This document shows positions 52,781 to 64,000 of a DNA stretch of 64,000 bases, piece after piece. The notes under the pieces are model-generated. The model was given only the letters and a program-made list of their open reading frames with translations, was not told where the DNA came from and did not search any database. Source of the stretch: Eledone cirrhosa (taxonomy: Eukaryota); contig OZ024741.1 of the NCBI GenBank assembly GCA_964016885.1, positions 368,962,001-369,026,000 of the forward strand, in the 5' to 3' direction. The position numbers and the translations under genes are program-made. The first letter of the stretch is position 1. Each line of letters opens with the position of its first letter.

Positions 52781-55700
52781 TTGCAACATTAAAAGAATAT
52801 ATCTTTCTGAAAGAATCGCGAGCTATTTATAATGTTGTCTAAGCATTTGTAATGTTATTTATGTATATATTTAAAACATATTTGTTATGTTATTCTACTG
52901 TAAATTTATTTATATACTCTGTTTATATTTTCATTCTGAAAGAATTGCAAACGATTTGTAATGTATTTATGTTACTTGAATGTATTTTGCATTATGAAAT
53001 GATAAGCTTATGAAATTAACAGGTAAATATGAATACCTAATTCACGAATTTATTTATATATATGTATATATTAGGCATGTATGTTTGTATGTATACACAC
53101 ACAACGTTCGATTTCGAAATAAATATTTCAGTTAAAACTTTTTTTTTTTTGCCACAAGGGCAACGCACTAAAGGAGCATAGATAAAGTAAGAGAAAGTTT
53201 TTATAATTGGTAACAGCATAAATCTTACCGCAAGTCAGGCTTAATTATCTGTCATATATTGCAGTCATTTATGAAATCTTTCTCAACATGCAAGCTAATA
53301 AAACAGGCAAGAGGCTGTACTAGTTATTCACTTAAGTGCAGTGGTCAGATATACCAACTATTACATTTGTGGGGGAGTGTTGCCTGGCTTATAATTAGAA
53401 AATAAACAAGAATAATTAATACAAAAATAGATCGATCAACAATCCATTTTAAGAACTGGCCTTTCGCATGGAATATTTGATTAGCTTACTAGATACGGAG
53501 GAACAAATAACATAACATTGTTATAGATTTCTTGTTTCTTCCTCCTCCATACCATACGAAAGTATGTGGGTGGTTTGTGAAGTGTGGTGGTGTGTGTGAA
53601 TATGAGAGAGAAGCACCTGGGAGAAGGAAGGAGCAACTTTATCAGCTGAAAAAGGTGAAAGAGTGGAACATTATTGTATAGGTTTACTTATGTATGCGAG
53701 TGTATGCAGTTGCATCTATTATGTAGAATAATGCATGAGATTGCACACTTTTTTTATTTTAAAACAGCCCATATAACATTACAGTTAGTACGTATAAATA
53801 AAAAATTGTTACTAATGCTAAACATACTAATTACAACGGTATTACTAATAATATTAATGGTGAACAGGTTAATTACAAGAACAAAGTGGAGTTTATCATT
53901 GATATGATGGTGGAGGCTTGAGGTGATTACAGCACATGTGTAAAGAGGATAGATAAGATTATATAGTAACTACTTCAGGAAATATATGAGAAGTTAAAAA
54001 GAAGTAAATCATTTCTACATCTCAAAGATTATTAAAAAATTAAAGTGGGGAATAAAAAAAAAAAAAACACAGGTTCTATAAATAATATAAAAAAACAAAA
54101 ACGATTTAATGACTTAAATTTGATTTCTGATATTGACACAAGACCAGCAATTTGTAAAGAAAAGGCAAAATTTAATACATTCCAGTATTCCAGTTCATGC
54201 GTTATAAATCTGACACAAACAAGATTTAATCTCCGAATGTTGTCCTTTAAATAAAAAACCTGAATCAACGAAGACTGACTCAATGTCCAACCTGTTAGAA
54301 ATAGTAGTTGAATCTAGAGAACGCCCTGGGAGTATAAAAGATAAAGTACATCTTCATTGGTACTTGAATTTAGAACAATGAAGTACAAACCAAACTTTAA
54401 GAAATCTGACTAACGTAATGGAACCAACCAAGAAACTTCTATGTTTGTTCGACCCATCAAAAATAGCAACAAAATCTTGAAAACCTGTCATTTCTAACCG
54501 ATGAAGGGTTCTGTCCAAAACTAGACTTCTCTTAGACCCCAAGGCAAAACAATTAATACGACTTCGTGAACTTTTTACATTTAATGTTTCCGGAGGCAGA
54601 CTATCAATTTCCTCGGCTTCTGTTTCACTTTTACATTAGATAATGTTGTCCTAATCTTAAGACCCTCCAACGAGATGATTACGGTTGGAATGTTTTTTTT
54701 CGTATACCAGCTTAGTCAAGAGTTAAACAACCTGGTGATAACAATAACATTTGATATAGATACTAGCTCAGATTTATAGACGAGTTTATTGGGAAATAAA
54801 AATAAAATTAAGAAAAACACTACGTGTTACAGCATCCATATAGTGTCCAAAATAATAAATACAATCTAGTTCGGTGCTTCACGGCTTTCAGTTCAAATCC
54901 CGCCAAGGCCGACGTTATTTTTCATCTGTTCATCTAACCCATAAAATAAATACCACTAACATACTTTCTTATTGCATATTGTTATTCATTTGATAATATA
55001 TGTACATAAGACGTCCTTACATTTGCATCTATAGAGACAACCTTGTGTCTAATTAAACGAAATAACTTGAACTGTAAAAGTTGGATTGGTGTTAAAGGCA
55101 TGTTTATGAAGTTTTGATAAAGACTGTGATGTAATATCAAAACTAAATGAAAGGACGACATGAGTTTACAGTAATTATGGATATATCATTCAATATATTA
55201 TATACAAATAGTAAATGTATTATTCGTGAAGACTCAACAAGGTGCGTGGTTTTGTTGATGAAATGATGTATGTGAACAAACCAGAGTTCAACTCAACAAA
55301 AGCCAATAATAATTTGAATGTGCAAAAGCCGCGCCACTTATTGGGTAACTAATACATGTTTTGACTATTGTTTTATACTTTATATTTTCTTTTTGTGTTT
55401 CGTCCCAACTTCAAGACATGCACGGTGCAAATTAATTAAGAAATTCAGTAATAAACAGTGTAATGCAGGTGCAACACATTGAATGAAAAGTAAAATAAAT
55501 AACTATAATGACGATAATAATTAATAATGAGAAATAAATTGAACTTACGGCGGAGTAAGTGGTACATCACCTGTAGGTATAACACAGTGACAGTGTTGAA
55601 ATGGCGGTGAGTGTTTGTGTGTATTTATCAGTGACACAGCATAGTCTGGCTGCTCCTGTTGTCATGAACTACTGCTGCTGCTGTCTCCTTTTAACTTGGA

Positions 55701-55802
55701 CCACTAATAAATGTTAGGTGCTAAGTCGGCCTACCTACCTGAGTGAATATGTATCACTGACTGCTACCGATTATGAATAGGTGTCGATCTATGCATCCAT
55801 CA

Positions 55803-55804
<2 letters not shown>

Positions 55805-55877
<73 letters not shown>

Positions 55878-56192
55878 AAAGAGTCAGGACCCCGACGGCT
55901 GAGCTCCGGCTGTTTCGACAGCAATACACACACACATTTATACATGCATATATAAATGTGTATATTTCTGTATAGCTTAATATATGTGAATGAATATCAG
56001 TACAAATCTAGTTATGTAGATATAAATCTGTGCGAACTCATCTATACATACGCCTATATATACATACATGATGTATGTATGCATGCATGTGTGTATGTAT
56101 GCTTGCCTTGTATGCGTGTATGTATACATGCATGCACGGATGTATGTATATATGTATGTATGCATGCTTGTATGTATGTATGTACGTATGTA
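55805..56192. repeat. (TA)n and (TATG)n microsatellites
   Basis: Direct inspection. Confidence 0.9.
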
Positions 56193-56359
56193 TAAGCAGG
56201 CTCTTTCACTTTCATGGAGGTCTGAGACAGAAGTCGTTGCAACTACTAATAAACTAACGAAAGGTACTCTATATTCTTTTCTTTACATTTCTTGGAAAAC
56301 AATGATTTCATTTGTTGAGATTTATAAAAAGAAAAAAAAAAAAATACTATTAAATCAGT

Positions 56360-57110
56360 CACACATACATGTACACCAGGTCCGAACACAGAGGAACCAA
56401 ACACCCACTGTCACCGCCTCCGTCTCTCCCGCCCTCCCCATCTCTCACTGTTATGAGCAAATGGAGTCCCATGTGCTGGCCACATTGCGACCCCGGCGAA
56501 CAGAATGGAGAAAGCGTTTCCCAGGACGATGGTGAGGGTGATGCACTGGAAAAGCTATTCCATCTCATGAGGTTCACACCTGCGGCTAGCCAGCTCAGCA
56601 CCTATTGTAGTGAGTAGGGAAGTGGCCCTAAAGCCAAGGACACCAGAAGTCTCCACTGCTTCTGGCTTGACTGCAAACCTGTCGGAGAGCAACCAATATT
56701 TGGAGAGTTTACCCTCCTCGGCCAGAAGTGCAGCAGAGCCTGGGTTTGTCGCAGACTGCTCCAGGCTGCCGCTGGATAATATGTCGCTGCATGTGACATC
56801 CCAGATGAGGAGTTTACCACCGCGGAACGGGAAGATGGTCATGCTGTCTGGCCTTTTGCCGTCTTCTTGATCCAACCCTACTGGTTCAAGCTGGGAGGGG
56901 AAACTTGTAGCATCCCAGCCATGCTTTATGACCTCGTTGAGAGTAGCATGGTATGGAAGGCAGCCAGCAATGTAGTGACAGGAAAGTGGGTGGAGGCCAA
57001 AAGAGTCAACAGTGGATCTGCAGCGACATTTGTGTGGCTCACAGATCCGGAGGCTGAACCTCAGGGAAACATCGATGCGCAGGCTATCATTATCCAGCTG
57101 CATGCCAGTT
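56360..57110 (-). mobile_element. CRE-clade non-LTR retrotransposon 3' fragment: CCHC knuckle + restriction-like endonuclease
   Basis: ORF 56555-57103: CRC..D..GLHPLSC..H..LN, LEPVGL..DGKRPD, WDVT, AE..K..KY, VETSG; premature TAG followed in frame by LFQCITLTIVLGNA. Confidence 0.85.
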
Positions 57111-57757
57111 AAAAAGGAGGGTAAGACATTAAGCCAGGCACCTCTGTGGGGTTGTGAGGCTGAGCGAAAAAATGCTTTAAAAAAAAAGGAAAAAATGGGG
57201 AAAAGACATGCACACTCAAATACACGCTACGGGTGATAGAGAGGCTAAGATGCTGGAATAACGACGCACCCTCATGGGCATCACCTGATGTGTAGTTAAA
57301 GTGGCCACCAACGATAACAAGAACCTCATGGTCAGCAGCCCAGCTCCCCTGAACATCCGGAACAACAAATATGATACTATGGTATTTGGTACCATGATTA
57401 CATTGTCCATTGATATCTTGTCTAAAATACCCCAAAAGATTATGTTTTTAGTCTAAATCAGATATTCTCAAAGTTTTGGGACCCCCACCCCCTCACGGCC
57501 ATGTAGTACCCACACCACGACCCAACCCTATTTCCAGAGAGACCTACCTACATGCAAATTGTAAATAATATATAATAAATACACTGTAAAGTGGTCGTGG
57601 AGGTGTCATGGCAAAAAGCACCCAGCACTCACTATAAATGAGGTTGGTGTTAGGAAGGGCATCCAGCTGTAGAAATCAAGCCAGAATCAGTCACCGTCTC
57701 ACCCTTGCAAGCAGGGAAAAGTGGACGTAAAATGAAATGAAATGAAATACAATCATT

Positions 57758-58140
57758 GGTGGATTGGCAGTATCAGTAGAGGGTCGGACGCCATGCTTTT
57801 CAGCATAGTTACGTCCCTTTACGATCTGAGTTCAAATCCCGCCGAGGTTGACTTTGCCTTTCATCCTTACGGGGTCGATAAAATAAAGTACCAGTAATGC
57901 ACTGGGTAATTGCTGGCCTTGTGCCAAAAGTAGAAACAACTATTAGAGTCTAAGGCACAAGGCCAGCAATTACCCAGTGCATTACTGGTACTTTATTTTA
58001 TCGACCCCGTAAGGATGAAAGGCAAAGTTAACCTCGGCAGGATTAACTTTGCCTCTCATCCTTACGGGGTCAATAAAATAAAGTACCAGTAATACACTGG
58101 GATAATTGCTGGCCTTGTGCCAAAAGTAGAAACAACTATT
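57758..58140. mobile_element. SINE S1 followed by an inverted and then a direct copy of its own 3' half
   Basis: + 57758-57944, - 57953-58042, + 58043-58140. Confidence 0.92.
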
Positions 58141-58451
58141 AGGGTCTAAATATTCTCCGCTATTCAAGTCTAAATTTTCTTCATTATGAGGGTCTAAATA
58201 TTCTCCACTATTAGGGTCTAAATATTCTCCACTATTAGGGTCTAAATATTCTTTACTATTAAGGGTCTAAATATTCTCCACTATTAGGGTCTAAATATTC
58301 TCCACTATTAGGGTCTAAATTTCTTCAATATTCGGGTAAATATTCTTTACTATTAGGGTCTAAATATTCTTTACTATTAAGGTTCTAAATATTCTTCAAT
58401 ATTCAGGTCTAAATATTCTCCACTATTAGGGTCTAAATTTTCTTCACTATT
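58135..58451. repeat. 24-bp minisatellite (ACTATTAGGGTCTAAATATTCTCC) x ~13
   Basis: Degenerate tandem units with period ~24. Confidence 0.92.
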
Positions 58452-60232
58452 ACAAGTCAATTTCTGTAGTTTGTAATTTTATTTTTTCCTACATTTTACC
58501 AGTAATGTTAAATAAAGTAATCTAGCGTTATCAAAATCTTTGACTAAAATAATTTATTTTCACACTGTGGGGTGCAAAAATATCAAATATGCCATATTAT
58601 TTTCATTGAATATATTTCATAAAGGATTTTAGCAGTATAGCACTTTTTAATAATATTGCCCATAATTTCAAAATGGGTTTTTAATTCAAACCATTAAGAT
58701 ATTCTTCCTGTAGCTAGTTCAATAGATAACCAGCTAGTTTTATAGTTCATAAGAATGTTTAATGAGCTTCCCTTATCATTAATTACCTGGTATAGATAGG
58801 GGCAGATTTAGACCTTGGAAGCCTGGGGCACTTCAGGTTTGGTGGCCCCTTCATCATCATCATCATCATCATTGTTTAACGTCTATTTTCCATGCTAGCA
58901 TAGGTTAGACGGGTCGTCCCATTTGAGGTAAGTTGGGTCAGGTGACCGTGTTGTACTCATATAGAACTGTTACTGGCTAGGTGTCTATGGCTGGATGCCC
59001 TTCCTAACACCAACCACATTTACAGTGTGGGCTGGGTGCTTTTTGTTGTGACACCTACATAACCACTTTACAGTATGGGCTGAATATACACAAAAAATTA
59101 GAATATACAGCAAACACTCAATTTTACATCAGCTTGGCGCAAGTAATTGGAATTGAAAAGTTATACATACAGGTATTATATTCAAACAATCTAACCATTC
59201 TAAAACTTAAAAGCCCAGCAGGGGACACAAATAAATTGCTATGGCCATTGCTGGTGCCTCCTCCATTTGAGGGGTCTGGGGCAATTGCTCCCTTAGCCTC
59301 CCCCCCCCCCCCTCCTATTAAATCCTCCTTCTATTAAATAAGTTATCTAAATGATGAAAAGAAAGCCATTTATGTGTTTCAGATATAATACATTCCAAAT
59401 CACTTGGTAGACACTCAACAAAAACATGAAACATTGCTAAACTTAAGCGAGTCATATACGCATTTATTTAAAACATTTGAAGGAATTTCAGCTTTATTCT
59501 TTTGATAATGTCAACCATGACATCAGCATTGTCTTTACCGATTACTATAAGGTTCTTTATATTTATTTTTCTCTCGGTAGTTTAAAATATTTAAACTATT
59601 AAAATTAGTTTTAGTGATTTAAAGAAAAACTGCAGTTTAAATCATGGTAAGAAAAACTGTACCTAACAAGCAACTATTTGTTTTTACACCCACAAGAAAC
59701 TGAAACAACTTCCTGTTCACAGTTAAATTTCCAAAAGTTAAAATTAAAAGTGAAACTTAGGAAATTGAAAGGTTTAACTTCTTTTTTTCTTCTGTGTATA
59801 TATATATATATATATATCTTTTTTTTTGTATATATCGACAGTCGATTGACTTTCATCAAATCGGACCGAGGAAACAATGTTTCCATTGGTTTTTCCAATT
59901 GCTAATACTTTCTATTGATTGCGAAGTAGAAGGTAGAAGGAGCAACGTGAAATAAAATGTATTGCTCAAGGACACAACACATCACCCTGTCTGGGAATCA
60001 AACTCACAACCTCACGATTGTGAATCCAATTCTCTAACCACTCAGCCACGTGCCTTCACATGATACATATTCAAAATGATAAAACACTTATTAATGCACA
60101 CGGACACAGCAGGGCAGGCCACATGGCTCAATACTTGGAGTTGAATGCATTGACCCTTTTTCTAGAGATAGATGAAACTGACAAGCTGGAGATTAAAAAG
60201 ATCAAACACCAAAGAGCATACATTGTGTTTAA

Positions 60233-60516
60233 CCCTTTAATGTTCAAACCGGCCAAAACCGGTCAGAATTCTCTACCTCTTTCTGTTGAAACTGGCTGTA
60301 ACTGGTCACTTAAACTGATGTTAAGGTATTGTTCTCAAAATAAATACTTTCAAAATCTAATAGATTCGATATTATTTGAGATAATTATGTGAGGTAAAGC
60401 CTTTACCATGAAAATATAACAGTATATATATAGAGTAATCATCATCATCATCATCGTTTAACGTCCATCTTCCATGCTTGCATGGGTTTGGATGGATAAA
60501 TGTGAATGCTAAAGGG
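60233..60516 (+). mobile_element. piggyBac-like MITE-A carrying a 57-bp RTE 3' tail (60440-60496)
   Basis: TTAA-CCCTTTA ... GCTAAAGGG-TTAA; (CAT)n-CGTTTAACGTCC insertion after AGAGTAAT. Confidence 0.88.
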
Positions 60517-61572
60517 TTAACAAGCTAGGAAGAGGAAAATGGATGGGAGAGCAGGTGGGTGTTTTTGCAATGGAAGTTAGGAGGCTGGCTAGGTTTGCCA
60601 GGTTCTCTGAAGAAGCATTGAAAAGAGTGGTGAAGTAGACATTTCTGAATAGCTTCCCCGATCATATATCGGTGAGATTGCTGGAGTTATGTTTTTTGTT
60701 TTGTTGTGTGTCTGGAGGTGGGGAGGCAGGGGACAGGCTAAGTGTCATGAGTGAGCAGCAGGAGGGTGGAGAGAGCCCTGGAGAAAGGAATTCTGAACAC
60801 AGAAACAAGGACAAAGATGGGACATATCTCTCCAACTGAGGTAAGGAGAGAACATATCTCCCCAAGTGAGATGAGAGAGAACATATCCTCCATATCGAGG
60901 CTGAGGGAACTTATATATCCTCAATTGAGGTAGTGTTTTCGTACATGTCTCCCCAGTCAGGACAGGCTAAGGAGTTGATTCCACTAAGAGCAATATTCAA
61001 ATACAAATAGCAACATTTGAGTGACACCTCAGAAATTTGAGCCATTATTCTTCAGTCATAGCATATCTTACATTAGATTATATAATATGTCCATTCTTTT
61101 CTAAGATGGTTGAGTGTTGAGGAAAATGTGGCTGTTGTTTTTCACAGATCAATTGATCCTTTGTTGGTTTGTGGGAAGAAGTAAAATTATGTTAGAGTTA
61201 TAATGACAATAACTGTATTGGGTAGGTCAAGCCACATTGAAACTTTATGGGTTAAATGCATTGTAAAATTTCAAACTTATAACGTGTTTCACACTGTAAA
61301 TATGGTTGGTGTTAGGAAGGGCATCCATTTATAAAATCCCCAGCCAAATTTACACTCCTGTCAGAGCAAGGAACGGTGTGGCCAATTCTAGCCAGACTTG
61401 TCTCCCGATATGGAAGACCCATCTAACCCATGCAAGCATAGAAAAATGGATGCTAAATGGTGGTGGTGATGATGATGATGATGATAACAATAATAGATAA
61501 TAGGCATCTTAGTGGAAGGGCATGTGAGGACAGATGACAGCTATAAGACAACATAAGTCTGCATTAAGCTGA

Positions 61573-61631
61573 ATAATTACAGCAACAATAATCTGGAAGA
61601 CATATTACCAGATTATTGTTGCTGTAATTAT
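61573..61631. repeat. Perfect 24-bp inverted repeat with 11-nt loop
   Basis: ATAATTACAGCAACAATAATCTGG-aagacatatta-CCAGATTATTGTTGCTGTAATTAT. Confidence 0.95.
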
Positions 61632-61939
61632 GTCCAAAGTCTAAAGACTGTCTGGAACCCCAGGACTCATCAGGCTGGTGCTTATCCCAGTTTCCATGGT
61701 GTGAAGCGACTGAAAGTACATGACGCCCGTTGGACAGGATGCCTGTCCACCATAGGGTTAAACCCCCAGCTATTGTTGGTACTCATTTTCAGCTGAGTAT
61801 ACTGAAGCAATGTGAAATGAAGTGGTTTGTTCAAGAACACAACACACAACCCAGTCCAGGAATCAAACCCACAACATTATGTTCATAAGTCCAACATCCT
61901 TAACACTAGGCCATGCGTTTCCGCAATTATTCATGTAAG

Positions 61940-62591
61940 TGAAATTATACTGAAGTTGAAGTATTTCAGGGCAGTTTTCACAAGCAATAGAAGACAGGTG
62001 GCTGTATTGAATGCAAGAATTTCTGGATTTGGTGCATTAATGCACCAGCTTCAGAACTTGGTCATCAGATGAGGGGAGGTAGGTTTAAAAGTCAAACTTG
62101 CTTCAATTCAGTGTTTGTGCCTACCATTGTCTATGGTTGGGAATCATGGGTAATAACCAAAAGAATATGATCACAAACACAAGTGGCTGAAATGAAGTTC
62201 CTCGAAAGGGGCTTTGAAGTAATATTACTCAATAAGATGTGTAGTTTGGAGATGAGCAAGTCACTCCAGGTAGAGCTGCTATTTCTCTACATTAAATAAC
62301 CAAAACTCCAGTACTATGAAAATATGGTTAAAAAGAATCACAAGACAGATTTTAAGGGCAAAACCAACTTGTAGGAAACCCAGGAGTAGACCATGAGCAA
62401 GATATTTGGATTATATCCATGAGCTCAGCTGGTATCACTTGGGGTTCCAACTGGATAATTTGGAGATGATTGCTTCTGATAGGATCTTCTGGAAGGTGAG
62501 CCTGAGGACTCTGCACTTCCAACACACCCAGGAATAAGTGGATGATGAAGAAGAAGAAGAAGAAGAAGAAGAAGAACAACAACAACAACAA
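61940..62591 (+). mobile_element. Degenerate RTE LINE R2 3' fragment with (GAA)n(CAA)n tail
   Basis: Homologous to 21780-22355 (AAGTATTTCAGG.., AATGCAAGAATT, GTGGCTGAAATG, CAGGTAGAGCTGCTA, GGCAAAACCAAC). Confidence 0.78.
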
Positions 62592-64000
62592 GGGTGAGGA
62601 TGTCATGCACTAGAAATGATTGAGGAAGGAAGGGGTGATGACATCACACACTGGGGATGATTGAGGAAGGAATGGGTGATAACGTCACACACTGGAGATG
62701 ATTGAAGAAGGAAGGGGTGATGATGTCACACACTAGAGATGATTGAGGAAGGAATGGGTGATAACGTCACACACTAGAGATGATTGAGGAAGGAATGGGT
62801 GATAACGTCACACACTAGAGATGATTGAGGAAGGAATGGGTGATAACGTCACACACTAGAGATGATTGAGGAAGGAATGGGTGATAACGTCACACACTAG
62901 AGATGATTGAGGAAGGAATGGGTGATAACGTCACACACTAGAGATGATTGAGGAAGGAATGGGTGATAACGTCACACACTAGAGATGATTGAGGAAGGAA
63001 TGGGTGATAACGTCACACACTAGAGATGATTGAGGAAGGAATGGGTGATAACGTCACACACTAGAGATGATTGAGGAAGGAATGGGTGATAACGTCACAC
63101 ACTAGAGATGATTGAGGAAGGAATGGGTGATAACGTCACACACTAGAGATGATTGAGGAAGGAATGGGTGATAACGTCACACACTAGAGATGATTGAAGA
63201 AGGAAGGGGTGATAACGTCACACACTAGAGATGATTGAGGAAGGAATGGGTGATAACGTCACACACTAGAGATGATTGAGGAAGGAATGGGTGATAACGT
63301 CACACACTAGAGATGATTGAGGAAGGAATGGGTGATAACGTCACACACTAGAGATGATTGAAGAAGGAAGGGGTGATAACGTCACACACTAGAGATGATT
63401 GAGGAAGGAATGGGTGATAACGTCACACACTAGAGATGATTGAGGAAGGAAGGGGTGATAACGTCACACACTAGAGATGATTGAGGAAGGAATGGGTGAT
63501 AACGTCACACACTAGAGATGATTGAAGAAGGAAGGGGTGATGATGTCACACACTAGAGATGACTGAGGAAGGAAGGGGTGATGATGTCACACACCAGAGA
63601 TGACTGAGGAAGGAAGGGGTGATGATGTCACACACTAGAGATGATTGAGGAAGGAAGGGGTGATGATGTCACACACTAGAGATGACTGAGGAAGGAAGGG
63701 GTGATGATGTCACACACCAGAGATGACTGAGGAAGGAAGGGGTGATGATGTCACACACCAGAGATGACTGAGGAAGGAATGGGTGATAACGTCACACACT
63801 AGAGATGATTGAGGAAGGAAGGAGTGATAACGTCACACACTAGAGATGATTGAGGAAGGAAGGGGTGATGATGTCACACACTAGAGATGATTGAGGAAGG
63901 AAGGGGTGATGACGTCACACACTAGAGATGATTGAGGAAGGAAGGGGTGATGATGTCACACACCAGAGATGACTGAGGAAGGAAGGGGTGATGATGTCAC
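62592..64000. repeat. 41-bp minisatellite (CACTAGAGATGATTGAGGAAGGAATGGGTGATAACGTCACA) x >30, runs off window end
   Basis: Period 41 (units start at 62731, 62772, ...); two variant unit types. Confidence 0.97.

Noticed and set aside
62592-64000. CRISPR-like or coding repeat
   Set aside because: No unique spacers; period 41 is not a multiple of 3 and stops are frequent

Overview
AT-rich eukaryotic genomic DNA. The SINE sequences and very large microsatellites point to a coleoid cephalopod (octopus-like), but this is inferred from recalled repeat families and was not checked by a search. I found no convincing host protein-coding exon, RNA gene or CRISPR array, so the window reads as intronic or intergenic. 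It contains a 5.7-kb AG-rich microsatellite, which produces all the very long spurious ORFs, and 23-, 24- and 41-bp minisatellites. It also contains about 30 tRNA-derived SINE copies and 5'-truncated RTE-clade LINEs, the youngest family carrying a PHD-like finger inside ORF2. CRE-clade retroelement fragments with a restriction-like endonuclease, piggyBac-, hAT- and Tc1/mariner-type MITEs, and a chain of non-autonomous Helitron ends are also present. The most unusual observations are: the same RTE family inserted at the identical base of two separate MITE copies; the PHD finger within the RT; microsatellite-associated CRE fragments; a direct-inverted-direct SINE triplication that seeds a minisatellite; a 300-bp fold-back hairpin; and a 5-copy head-to-tail SINE array. 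Coordinates of degenerate repeats are approximate (read by eye).
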